Made by a program: the position numbers and the translations under genes | Part shown: piece by piece, positions 36,571-45,517 of the stretch | Layout of the letters: every line of letters begins with the position of its first letter | How positions within the stretch are numbered: position 1 is the stretch's first letter | The notes under the pieces: generated by a model | The model's input: only the letters and a program-made list of their open reading frames with translations | What the model was told of the DNA's origin: nothing | The model's database searches: none | IMG/VR virus record: IMGVR_UViG_3300034200_002321 | Reading direction: 5' to 3' (one strand) | From: an uncultured virus (IMG/VR IMGVR_UViG_3300034200_002321) | Taxonomy: Duplodnaviria; Heunggongvirae; Uroviricota; Caudoviricetes | Length of the DNA: 64,000 bases

Positions 36571-38056
36571 TCTTCGACATCAGCTCTGCGTCACCGTCTT
36601 TTGCAAGCATAGCAACGTCTACGTTCTCGCGCACAGAGCCAGGTAGCTTTCTGGCGGTCTCCAAGAACGCGAGTAGTTTCTTGGTTGCCCTGCCTAAACT
36701 CTGCATGTTGATCGGGTGCCGAACCCACTCGCCGTCAGGCAGTTTCGCCAGCGACTGTCGCACCGCCTCAACCACAGGTCCGTCGCCTTTCAACCTATTG
36801 CGGTATTCGACAACGGTGTCCCCTGTTGTACCGAATACAAGAGGCAGTCCTTGTGACGACAACCAGTCAGAGCAGACGGCACGAGCAGCCGACCTGTCGT
36901 CTCTGTACTGTTTTCGCACCAACAAGTATTTCATCCAAAGGCCGTACCTATCTTTCGGGGACATGACATCCTCGAAAGCATACGCTGTCTGTCGAGGCTC
37001 CTGCTGAATGGGACGAAGCACTTTCGGCAGGTACTGATCGCGGCAGGCGCCTCCTGCTGCTATCGACGCCAAAGCGGCGTGTCTCATGCTGCGAGAAGTC
37101 TCCTGTGACTCCATCTGCGCCATCATGGTCAGCGCCGACAACATCATCTCGCCATACACGTCTGACGTACGCATGCCGCTTTCAACGACCCAAATCGAAG
37201 CCCCTTTCTTGTGAATCGCCTGCATCTGATTGGCTGCATCCTGCATTGACCTGAACAGTCGATCTGCTCTCCACACGGCGACGACATCGCCGGGCTGTAG
37301 TGCCGCCAACAGCCGAGAACCTGCCTCTCTCTTTGGCAGTGCGGTCTTGAAGGCACTGGTACCTTCGTCCACAAAAAACGCAGAAATATCGCCGCATCTC
37401 TGCGAAAGCAAAGCTCGCTGGTGCTCCACGGTCTGCTCATCCGTACTGACGCGAACGTATGCCAAAATCCGCTGCTGTTTCTGCTCAGCAGGTACCGGTT
37501 TGTGCATTTCGACCAGCACCCGGCCAACACCAGACCCAAGAGGCAGCTGAGGCCCTTTGACGAATGAAGTCGGCGGTGCTTTCTTTGCACCACCCTTTCT
37601 GGACTCACGCACCCGAGCGCTGATCAGTTCGGATTTCATCTGGGCCATCACGCCCATCATCGACAACATCGCCTTTCCGCCAACGTCATCGAAACGCAGC
37701 GTTGGGTAGTCAAGGAAACGCATGTGTACGTGAGCCTGCGTCCAAGCCTCGGCTGTGTTGATCATGTCCGGCATTCTGCGGAACAGTCGATTGACTGCAG
37801 TGCAAACTACAGTGTCAAAGGGTCGCAGCACCGCCGACAACGCCCGACCTCCCGGACGACTTGCCAGCGGCTTCTTGAAAGCGCTGTGTCCCCCGTCAAC
37901 GAACACACCAGGCTTGCCACAGTTGGTTGCCTCACCCAGCACAAGGCCCTGCTGTTCGCAGTAAGACAGTGCGGAAAGGACTTGCCCTTCGATTGAGCTT
38001 CCCGTAGTCGCCTGCTCCAAAGTACTCACACGAGCGTAAATGTACGTTGGCATCAA
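36524..38056 (-). CDS. Serine recombinase with two tandem resolvase catalytic domains
   Basis: YIYARVST..Q / RPG / NRLFR and LAYVRVST..Q / R.AG / DRLFR, each followed by an E-helix. Confidence 0.9.
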   Translation of the reverse strand: MMPTYIYARVSTLEQATTGSSIEGQVLSALSYCEQQGLVLGEATNCGKPGVFVDGGHSAFKKPLASRPGGRALSAVLRPFDTVVCTAVNRLFRRMPDMINTAEAWTQAHVHMRFLDYPTLRFDDVGGKAMLSMMGVMAQMKSELISARVRESRKGGAKKAPPTSFVKGPQLPLGSGVGRVLVEMHKPVPAEQKQQRILAYVRVSTDEQTVEHQRALLSQRCGDISAFFVDEGTSAFKTALPKREAGSRLLAALQPGDVVAVWRADRLFRSMQDAANQMQAIHKKGASIWVVESGMRTSDVYGEMMLSALTMMAQMESQETSRSMRHAALASIAAGGACRDQYLPKVLRPIQQEPRQTAYAFEDVMSPKDRYGLWMKYLLVRKQYRDDRSAARAVCSDWLSSQGLPLVFGTTGDTVVEYRNRLKGDGPVVEAVRQSLAKLPDGEWVRHPINMQSLGRATKKLLAFLETARKLPGSVRENVDVAMLAKDGDAELMSKIIRVLRGAESPAPRN

Positions 38057-40299
38057 AGCACTCCTTCAGCAAAACGGTATGAAACAGGTTTGGTATCAGG
38101 CACCATGACAACCCAGCCGTGAGCCATGAACGTGCTCAACTCAGCTTCAGCTTCGGACTGCTTGATCCGAAAAAGCCTGTAGTACTCTCGCAGGGTCCAA
38201 GTGTCAGAACCTCGGTTTGCCAGCTTACGCGCTCGAGTCTGCATTGTATCTCGCATCACGTCTCCGAGAGCTTGACCCGAGCCCAGCACAGGGCCGGCAA
38301 GACGGCAGAACGCTTCATCAACTTTGGCGTCGAGATAGTGCTGCTTCCACCTCCACATCCACTCCACAAGCTCAATCGCGCGGCTGACCCACGTTCGCTC
38401 AACAGGTCCCTGTGTGGCTTCTCGAAGATCGTACGCACACCACACATTGTCTTCAGAAGCCATCTCAAGCCATTTGAGGACAGCCGACACCCGGAGCACA
38501 ATCTCGGCGTGTCTTGCAACGTCAGACTGCCAGGGATGCTCTTCAGGCCATGCGGTGGACACAGCCTCTGACTTTTTGTAGTCGGCGTACTGCTGCCACA
38601 AAACGAAAGCCTCTGCGTCCAAAGTCATCATGCACGGAACCGCACCTTGGCCGCTCCCAACACCATTGAAAGCCGCAAGACTGTTGTTGATCGAGGTGCG
38701 CACCAGCTCCAGCCGTTCGACAACTTTTGCCCACTGCTGCAGCCATGCAAAGTAGTGCTGCTGAGCTTCCTGTGTTGAGTGTCGAGGTGTGCTGCCAATC
38801 GGGTACACCATCATCCGCTGTACCAGTCCGTCCAGCAAATCAAGGCCTTGAATTTGCATCAGGTTGATTCGTTGAATCGCAGCGATCACCGAGAGGAACG
38901 GGCTGGGGACTATGATCGTGCCTGTGCCTTTCCGCTGGACCAGGATGCGGTCACCGCTCCAACATTTCAACCACAGACTACTGCCGACGCCTTCGCGGTA
39001 TCTCTCGAACATGCCCACGAAGTCTTTGCCCTCGGCGAGTGCCAGCAGCAACCCCCGAAGGTGCCGCCCCATTGTCGAAACCAAGGCCTCTGGGGTGGCG
39101 TCTGTCAGAAAGCGTTCGGAGTTGGACAGTGGAGCAAGCAAAGCCTTTATGACTCTACTTTTCCCCGCGCCACTCGCACCAACTCCGAACGTGTACAACT
39201 GCAAGCCAATCGGGTCGTGAGTCCCAGACGCACGGACCTGAACTGCGTTCCCCAAACACGCACTGGCGATCGTCAGAGAGCCGACAAGCATTAGGTTGCG
39301 TGGCATCTGAGCAGCCCTGCCTGCTTGGCTGGCCGCCTCTATCCGGGCAGGAAACACAGTCGTCGGCAGCTCAGAAGGCATTATGTCTTCCTGTCGCTGC
39401 ACAGACTGAGCCGTCAGTGCACTGGCCATCTCGTATGCAGCGCTCACGTCGAGAAGACGAAACTCCTCTGCCGGCATAGGCGGGCGGGTCAGCGGCGCCA
39501 CCATGTTCTGGATCTCGAGCGCACCTCGGTTCGGCTCGTTCCACGTCCCGACCCGTTGACTCACTGTGGTAAGCAGGTCAGACACCAACGACCGTGGCAT
39601 CCGCATGTCTACATACAGCAGCCGACTCAGCCTGAGCATGTAGTCGTGACGAACACCGGGACCTGGCAGGAAGCCGTCCTCATCCTCTGTCAGATCGATT
39701 GTCTGCCGGACAGCTGGCCTTTCGGCGGCCTTTTGCAGGAAAAAAGCTCGCAGGTTGTCCGGCATCTCTGCGATGACGGTCTCCCACGGAGCACAGCCAG
39801 GCAACCATGCGTAATACTCTCCGGTATCCGGGTGTACGCTCGGCGGGCACGCCGAGTACATTGATTTCGCCGCAGACCCCATGCGGCAGTCTAACGCACC
39901 AGCCTTAATGTTGGTTCTCTTAGTCGCTCCTAAGATAGGACACCAGCGAAACCAGTAGTGCACACCACGAGCGCTCTTGTACGCGACTGTCCTAGTGCCT
40001 GATGCCCGAATAAAACTGTCTAGGATAGCATTAGACTCGGCATCGTCTGGCTCTACGTCGACAAGCCCACTATCTTCGCCAACTTTAACTGCGATGTTCC
40101 ATAGAGTGTCTCCGTGAAACATCTGAGAGACGCGAGATGCGTCGTTTGTGGCTTCGGTTACCCACGATCTTCCGCGATCTTTGTCAAAAAGCCCCTCTCG
40201 GGGCACCTTGCTGCGAGGTTTCAGTGCGAACACGCGGATACCCAGCTGGCACAGCAGCTGAGCTGTGCCCAACAGGGCTGAACGATACTGCGACGACAT
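38053..40299 (-). CDS. Bifunctional primase-polymerase (Prim-Pol) fused to a DUF3987/YfjI-like P-loop domain
   Basis: KVP, NIAV, VDVE, GVHYWF, PPSVHPDTG; GASGAGKS, DATPEAL, RMM; AAGGAG RBS before ATG 40299. Confidence 0.85.
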   Translation of the reverse strand: MSSQYRSALLGTAQLLCQLGIRVFALKPRSKVPREGLFDKDRGRSWVTEATNDASRVSQMFHGDTLWNIAVKVGEDSGLVDVEPDDAESNAILDSFIRASGTRTVAYKSARGVHYWFRWCPILGATKRTNIKAGALDCRMGSAAKSMYSACPPSVHPDTGEYYAWLPGCAPWETVIAEMPDNLRAFFLQKAAERPAVRQTIDLTEDEDGFLPGPGVRHDYMLRLSRLLYVDMRMPRSLVSDLLTTVSQRVGTWNEPNRGALEIQNMVAPLTRPPMPAEEFRLLDVSAAYEMASALTAQSVQRQEDIMPSELPTTVFPARIEAASQAGRAAQMPRNLMLVGSLTIASACLGNAVQVRASGTHDPIGLQLYTFGVGASGAGKSRVIKALLAPLSNSERFLTDATPEALVSTMGRHLRGLLLALAEGKDFVGMFERYREGVGSSLWLKCWSGDRILVQRKGTGTIIVPSPFLSVIAAIQRINLMQIQGLDLLDGLVQRMMVYPIGSTPRHSTQEAQQHYFAWLQQWAKVVERLELVRTSINNSLAAFNGVGSGQGAVPCMMTLDAEAFVLWQQYADYKKSEAVSTAWPEEHPWQSDVARHAEIVLRVSAVLKWLEMASEDNVWCAYDLREATQGPVERTWVSRAIELVEWMWRWKQHYLDAKVDEAFCRLAGPVLGSGQALGDVMRDTMQTRARKLANRGSDTWTLREYYRLFRIKQSEAEAELSTFMAHGWVVMVPDTKPVSYRFAEGVL

Positions 40300-40325
40300 T
40301 GTGGCTCCTTCAAAAAGCGGCGCGG

Positions 40326-40343
40326 GGGTGTGACATTGTCGCA
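40326..40343. repeat. Quasi-palindromic site GGGTGTGACATTGTCGCA, copy 1
   Basis: 17/18 identical to 44508..44525; ~30 bp upstream of the primase start. Confidence 0.7.
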
Positions 40344-40419
40344 GCAAGGGTTTGCGGTGTCAACTGAGCTGCGTTTTGAGTACCTGTTTCCAGGAATCAG
40401 GGATTTTTGGGACTCGGTT

Positions 40420-40580
40420 TGACTGAGGTAATACATGCGTTTATATAATCAGCTCGCCGAAGGCGAGCTGATATATGTAACACTGGTATTACTAAAGTAA
40501 TACCAGTTTTACTTTGGTAATACTGGCATTCAAAACTGTCACGTGCGCCGTGACGTGACGTCTCGTGACAGCTGTGACAC
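40420..40580. promoter_or_regulatory. AT-rich divergent control region / candidate replication origin with two perfect inverted repeats
   Basis: ATCAGCTCGCC-GAA-GGCGAGCTGAT (40448-40472); ACTGGTATTACT-AA-AGTAATACCAGT (40482-40507); repeated GTAATAC and GTGAC words; TATAAT. Confidence 0.6.
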
Positions 40581-40914
40581 AACCGAATGTTGAGGGTTTC
40601 GTGGACACTTGCACAATCATCGGACACCACTGGTCTGAGACAGACTGCGTGACAGGCAGAGGTTGGCTGTTAGAGAGGACCTGCAGCCGCTGCGGTACTG
40701 TTGAAGTAAACAAGACGGGGTCTGTGCCGTCTGGATGGGCTGAAGTAGACATTGCCCAGTATCACTCGCTTGGGGTCACACACCGATCGCCATGGCCTCG
40801 GAAATACACAGAGTTTCCTGAAAACACAGTTTTTGTGATATCCGGCTGGATTTGCGTGTGTGCAGGACTGGCCTTGTTTGTCTTTGGTGTTCTCTAAGAC
40901 CGAGGAGAAGTATT

Positions 40915-41298
40915 GTGGTTGACGGTGAGCTTACTAATCGAGTAACGCGTGAAGAAGCCATCGAAGCTGTTTGCAGCTACATGGCTGGTATTCTGATTGC
41001 AAAGAACGCTGACTACGGCAACTCCAGTCAACGCAACCCATACCTCTGCCCACAGATATCAGCGCAAGCTGGGATCGAGGTGCGAATCAGCGACAAGCTG
41101 GCGAGGTGGCGACAGCTGTCAAAACCATCTGAATCGACCCAAAACCAGCCGCGGGTGGCTGAGTCTTTGGAAGACACCGTACTCGACACGATGGGGTACT
41201 GTGTCCTTTGGCTTTTGGCAGAGAGGCAAATGGTTCCTGGTGGCCATGTAGACAGAGCTATCACCGCGTTTTTGCAGAAGAAGAAGAGCGGCACATGA
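40915..41298 (+). CDS. DUF1599 (nucleotide-modification-associated, MazG-like) protein
   Basis: KNADYGNS, VRISDKLAR, ESLEDTVLDTMGY. Confidence 0.85.
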   Translation: MVDGELTNRVTREEAIEAVCSYMAGILIAKNADYGNSSQRNPYLCPQISAQAGIEVRISDKLARWRQLSKPSESTQNQPRVAESLEDTVLDTMGYCVLWLLAERQMVPGGHVDRAITAFLQKKKSGT

Positions 41299-41888
41299 GT
41301 GTTCTGGTTGCCTGCGAGTTTAGCGGTGTGGTGCGAGACGCGTTCCGCCGTCGAGGACACGTTGCGTACTCACTGGACATTCTGCCCGCAGAACCCTCAC
41401 CTTTCGCAAAGTACCACATCCAGCAGAGCCTCGAGCGCCTGCCTGCGACAATCGAGTGGGACCTTATCGTCGCCCACCCTCCGTGCACGTACCTCACTGT
41501 CTCAAACAACCGCGCCATGGCTTACGGGTGCCGCAAGTACACCGCGGATGAGGGGCAGAGGTTGCGGGAGGCCGGTGTCTCGTTTTTCAGGATGTGTACT
41601 CGGCTTCCGGCAAAGAGGTTGTGCATCGAAAACCCAATCGGCATAATGAGCACGCTGTACCGGAAGCCGGACCAGGTTGTGCAGCCGTGGCAGTATGGCC
41701 ATGGAGAGACCAAGGCGACGTGCCTGTGGCTGCACAACCTGCCGCGGCTGGTGCCAACAAATGTCGTCTCCGGGCGGGACAACCGGATTCACATGATGAG
41801 CCCCTCGGACGACCGGGGTAGGCTTCGCAGCATCACATACACAGGCATCGCCGAGGCGATGGCCGATCAGTGGGGAGTCCTGTTGTGA
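41295..41888 (+). CDS. Short phage-type C5 DNA cytosine methyltransferase-like protein
   Basis: VLVACEFSG, HPPC catalytic motif, IENP; ATGA-coupled start. Confidence 0.8.
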   Translation: MSVLVACEFSGVVRDAFRRRGHVAYSLDILPAEPSPFAKYHIQQSLERLPATIEWDLIVAHPPCTYLTVSNNRAMAYGCRKYTADEGQRLREAGVSFFRMCTRLPAKRLCIENPIGIMSTLYRKPDQVVQPWQYGHGETKATCLWLHNLPRLVPTNVVSGRDNRIHMMSPSDDRGRLRSITYTGIAEAMADQWGVLL

Positions 41889-42058
41889 AGAAGAAACCAT
41901 CTGTTGCGGCGGAAGCAAAACGCAAGGTGCAGGATGTCCTCGACACCGCCCAAGGCAGCGAGCTGGACGTCCTCCGCGAGTTTTACGAGCAGTTCAGCGA
42001 CCTTCTCGAAAGCTGGTCAATGCGTATTGCTGAGCTCGAAAAAGAGGTGTCAGAATGA
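41885..42058 (+). CDS. Small hypothetical protein
   Basis: Coupled overlaps at both ends. Confidence 0.6.
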   Translation: MKKKPSVAAEAKRKVQDVLDTAQGSELDVLREFYEQFSDLLESWSMRIAELEKEVSE

Positions 42059-42321
42059 AGCTGCTTTGCGTTGGCGGCCCAAGGGCAGGCGTATTCTTTG
42101 TCTTGAGCAATGGCGCTGCCAGTTGCAACAACTACCGACTGCCAAACGGATTGTGGTTCGACGACCGAGACGCGGACGGACGCAACGTACAGCACCATTA
42201 CACCCTGCAATGGGGCCAGACGGTGCTAGACAACGAGGTTGTCATCCAGTATGCATACCAAGGTGCGGTTGAGGTGTGTGGAGACTACCTACCAGCTCCC
42301 GAACCAAACACCACCAAATGA
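42055..42321 (+). CDS. Hypothetical protein
   Basis: GAGG RBS; ATGA overlap. Confidence 0.6.
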   Translation: MKLLCVGGPRAGVFFVLSNGAASCNNYRLPNGLWFDDRDADGRNVQHHYTLQWGQTVLDNEVVIQYAYQGAVEVCGDYLPAPEPNTTK

Positions 42322-42330
42322 GGTGATATT

Positions 42331-42819
42331 GTGAGACCGTTTCCGTCTTGGTGTGACGTACTATTCCTCGCATGCATTGCAGTGTTTGCGTTTACCATGC
42401 ACGCACTCACTGCAGACACGGTGCCTCCAACAGGGTGGACCACACCGGCGCACGTCGTAGAGGTGCATGACGGGGATACCGTGACTGTTGAGGTGGTGAC
42501 ACGGATGCGAGTCCGCCTCCTCGACTGCTGGGCCCCGGAAGTGGTCAAGGACCGCCGGGTTCCTGCGGCTGAGCAGGCGGCTGCCAAGGCTGCAGGTGAT
42601 GCCTCCCGCCAGCATCTGCAGCAGCTGGTGTCTCGCTCTCCCGACCGGTGCGTGCTGTTTGTCCCGCGGGCCGGGGACGACATAGGCGATAGCACCAGCA
42701 TGGGCCGTGTGCTGGGCCACCTCTGGCTTGCCGACGACCCCAATCGCAGTGTGTCTGAGCGAATGGTCGCTGCTGGACATGCAACCAAAGTCAAAGAGCC
42801 GTGGAGACCTCGCAAATGA
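42331..42819 (+). CDS. Thermonuclease (SNase-like) with N-terminal signal/TM segment
   Basis: VHDGDTV, RVRLLDCWAPE, GRVLG, MVAAGHA. Confidence 0.85.
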   Translation: MRPFPSWCDVLFLACIAVFAFTMHALTADTVPPTGWTTPAHVVEVHDGDTVTVEVVTRMRVRLLDCWAPEVVKDRRVPAAEQAAAKAAGDASRQHLQQLVSRSPDRCVLFVPRAGDDIGDSTSMGRVLGHLWLADDPNRSVSERMVAAGHATKVKEPWRPRK

Positions 42820-43268
42820 GCAAAACAGACAGACATGACGCTGATGTCGTCAACAGGCTTCAGCAACTCGCTGACGACCCCGACAAGATGCGGCTGTTGC
42901 TGGAGGCTTGCGGAGACGAATGGTGCTGTACGTTGCGGCAGCACATCGTCATGTATTCAGTACGCCACGCGAAGAGATACGGTGCCGTGTGCATCGAGCC
43001 TTGGGCTGTGATTGACGCGTTGCTTAAAGTGATTGACAGATTGCTTCAGCAAAATGCAAATCTCGGTGCTGAGCATGTGCTGCGAGCTGGGGGCCACTAC
43101 GTCATGCACAAGCAACACTATTTGGCCAGCGTAAAGGTCACCGAAGAGTTTCTGCGCAACGTCGACCCTTCGATGGTCGAAAACGCAATCGCAGAACATC
43201 TGGCCTGCATTTCGCAGAGTTTGTGCCAACAAGTCAGCGATATGAAACGAAAAGAGCAGGAGGCGTAG
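42816..43268 (+). CDS. Hypothetical protein
   Basis: ATGA overlap. Confidence 0.6.
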   Translation: MSKTDRHDADVVNRLQQLADDPDKMRLLLEACGDEWCCTLRQHIVMYSVRHAKRYGAVCIEPWAVIDALLKVIDRLLQQNANLGAEHVLRAGGHYVMHKQHYLASVKVTEEFLRNVDPSMVENAIAEHLACISQSLCQQVSDMKRKEQEA

Positions 43269-43300
43269 GTGTGCTCAACTCGAACTGATTGGAGGATGAG

Positions 43301-43516
43301 ATGCACGAAGGACCTTCACACACATTCCAGCAAGTAGTGCACCAAGACGAAGACGCTGAACGGCTGAAGAAAATCGTGATTGGCCGCGGTGGTGTTTGGC
43401 TTGGCGAAAAGGCCGTCCCCTGCTTAAACTACCAAGGTGTACCACTGTTCGGCCGGTTCAACATCGAATGCACATACCAGCTCGACAAACCGGTCGAGAT
43501 GGAGCTGCTGTGCTGA
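43301..43516 (+). CDS. Hypothetical protein
   Basis: GGAGG RBS. Confidence 0.55.
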   Translation: MHEGPSHTFQQVVHQDEDAERLKKIVIGRGGVWLGEKAVPCLNYQGVPLFGRFNIECTYQLDKPVEMELLC

Positions 43517-43540
43517 CTGTTTCTCAAAAGGAGGTGTGCA

Positions 43541-43894
43541 GTGTCGTCAAAGGTTGGTCTGGACATTCAGACTCGGCTCATTGAGCGGGGATTTCTGAAG
43601 CTTGATGCGTCTTTGAGTGCGTATGGTGGTGATGAGCTGCTGGATCTGCAGCAACGCGTTGCTACCGCCATCGAAGAAGTGCTGGATGGGTCTGTGCCTG
43701 GCTGGCGAGATCTGCCTGTACCGGAACGCCCGATTGATGGCCCGACTCTGCCTTTTCCTGAAGAAGCCCCGCAGAGCCCTCCTGCTGGTCGTAAGACACG
43801 AAAGAAGCCACCCACAGAGACCCTGCTGACCGAACCACCAGCTGAATCCCAGCAGGAGCTGCCTCCTGAGCAGGCGGCTGCTGTCGCAGAGTAG
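43541..43894 (+). CDS. Hypothetical protein
   Basis: AAGGAGG RBS. Confidence 0.65.
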   Translation: MSSKVGLDIQTRLIERGFLKLDASLSAYGGDELLDLQQRVATAIEEVLDGSVPGWRDLPVPERPIDGPTLPFPEEAPQSPPAGRKTRKKPPTETLLTEPPAESQQELPPEQAAAVAE

Positions 43895-43906
43895 AAGACG
43901 ATTGTT

Positions 43907-43992
43907 GGACCAGCGGCGGAGTTGGAGGAGCCGCACCGGACTGTAAATCCGGCACAATTGAAACGCAGCAGGTTCGACTCCTGCCTGGTCCA
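43907..43992 (+). tRNA. tRNA-Tyr (GTA), CCA not encoded
   Basis: Acceptor GGACCAG/CTGGTCC-A; D stem GCGG/CCGC; anticodon arm CCGGA-CTGTAAA-TCCGG; long variable region; T arm GCAGG-TTCGACT-CCTGC. Confidence 0.9.
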
Positions 43993-44008
43993 TTTCATGA
44001 GAGGCTTC

Positions 44009-44515
44009 ATGCTGTACCTCCCAAAACGATCCCTGTTCATCCACATCCCGCGGACGGGCGGCAATGCTGTCACCAGTGTGGTTGCGACGGTTGCTGCCGG
44101 TCGTGGTGTTGACTGTGTAGTGGCGACACAGCCGTGGATGCTGGGTTGGCCGTTTCACAGGCATGCCTCCTTGGCCGAGGTCGAGCTGTTCATACCCGAC
44201 CTCTTCGAGCTGTACATCTGGACTATTGATCGCCCCCTTAACGACCGCGTAGCGTCATACCTGCGATTGGTTGAGTTTGACAGGGCTCGGGGGGTTCACG
44301 AAGACCCGACATGCTCCGACAGCTGGCGACAGACACTGCTTGCTGACGACGAACAGGTAAAAGCGGCCTTCGGCCGCTTTGAGACCAGGCACTACACACT
44401 GTCTTTTCGGGGTGCGGCTGTGGACGTCGTGCCGTATGCAGAGCTGAGCTCTCGCTGGCCTGAGCTTGCTGCTCGCATGGGTTTGCCCGCAAACACGGTC
44501 CTGCCTCGGGTGTGA
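44009..44515 (+). CDS. Sulfotransferase-family protein
   Basis: FIHIPRTGGNAV PAPS 5'-PSB loop; DRPLNDRVASY 3'-PB motif. Confidence 0.75.
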   Translation: MLYLPKRSLFIHIPRTGGNAVTSVVATVAAGRGVDCVVATQPWMLGWPFHRHASLAEVELFIPDLFELYIWTIDRPLNDRVASYLRLVEFDRARGVHEDPTCSDSWRQTLLADDEQVKAAFGRFETRHYTLSFRGAAVDVVPYAELSSRWPELAARMGLPANTVLPRV

Positions 44516-44525
44516 CATTGTCTCA
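44508..44525. repeat. Quasi-palindromic site GGGTGTGACATTGTCTCA, copy 2
   Basis: Direct repeat of 40326..40343; followed by tandem TGTCACAAAG x2 (44567-44586). Confidence 0.7.
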
Positions 44526-44864
44526 CCGGTTTGCAGTAGTACCGGTGTAGAGAAGGTTGGGGCTTGTGTCACAAAGTGTCACAAAGAGCCGCAGGGAGTC
44601 ACTAGGTTAGCTAGTATTTCTAAAATTTGTAAAAACTCCGGCTGGTGTACCAAACCAATCACCCAGCTCTTGCAGGGTCCGGATACTCCCCCTTTTTCTG
44701 CCAGGTTGTAAACTTCCCTAGCAAGGGGGAATATTCGGTTTTTCTGTGTTTCTGCAATCCTAGCAAGGGTTGCGAGCGTTCGGGGGTGCTGATGGCAAGG
44801 GTTGGCGGGGGAATCCGCCATTGTCAGAAGCGTTTCCCCCTGCTCTTCCTGCTGCTTTCTGTCA

Positions 44865-45437
44865 CTAGGTTTGCAATCTCTCAACCGGTGTTTCGGTTGT
44901 GATGCTGAATCCGGCGCTGTCGGTTGGTAGTATTCGGGCGCTGGGTCCCGGCGTTGTCCAGTGGGCAAGTCTCGCGCGTCGGTCGTCCTCTTGTTGTTGT
45001 TGTCGTGTTAGTGGGGGAATCACTCGGAAGTTTTCAGGCGTGGTGCTGTACAGTTGCAGAACTTCAGTGACTACTGCCGCTAGTGTCTGTGCAATCATTC
45101 GCTCCGCTACGGCCCTTCCCGTTGGCGTTGCGGTTTCGTCGTGCTCCACTCCTCGCCGGAGTTGTTGCGAAGCGTGGGCGGCGACTGTCTGCAGTACGTG
45201 GCGCGCTGCGTCGGGTGCTTCTGAACAGGCTGCCTTCACAATCCAGGCCATAGGCTGCACGCGTGCGCGCGTGAAAACTCGGGCGTATAGCTCTCGGCCT
45301 ATCTCTTCCCGCTCTTCTGCGGTTGGTTCCCATTGCTGAATTTGGCGGTGTGCGATTGCGGCTAGTTGGGCGGGCGTGACGTGATGCGGTGTTGTCAGGT
45401 CGTCGATTAGGTTCGGGCTCGTGATGTGGTGCGGCAT
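44865..45437 (-). CDS. Hypothetical protein
   Basis: AAAGGA RBS; 190-aa ORF. Confidence 0.65.
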   Translation of the reverse strand: MPHHITSPNLIDDLTTPHHVTPAQLAAIAHRQIQQWEPTAEEREEIGRELYARVFTRARVQPMAWIVKAACSEAPDAARHVLQTVAAHASQQLRRGVEHDETATPTGRAVAERMIAQTLAAVVTEVLQLYSTTPENFRVIPPLTRQQQQEDDRRARLAHWTTPGPSARILPTDSAGFSITTETPVERLQT

Positions 45438-45517
45438 TGCGTCGGTTCCTTTCTGTGAAGCGGGCGAGAGGGAAGGGCTCGCAAGTTTACAAGCCCTCCC
45501 CTCTGCCGATGTCGTTG

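Noticed and set aside
40565..40897. 110-aa ORF with CSRC motif and C-terminal TM segment
   Set aside because: May be real, but its start lies in the repeat-rich control region and I cannot support a start or function.
43960..43992. tRNA 3' end as attP core
   Set aside because: The tRNA is complete, no second copy is visible, and tRNA targeting is typical of tyrosine integrases, none of which is present.
43922..44008. N-terminal extension of the sulfotransferase ORF
   Set aside because: It overlaps the tRNA; ATG 44009 has a GAGG RBS.
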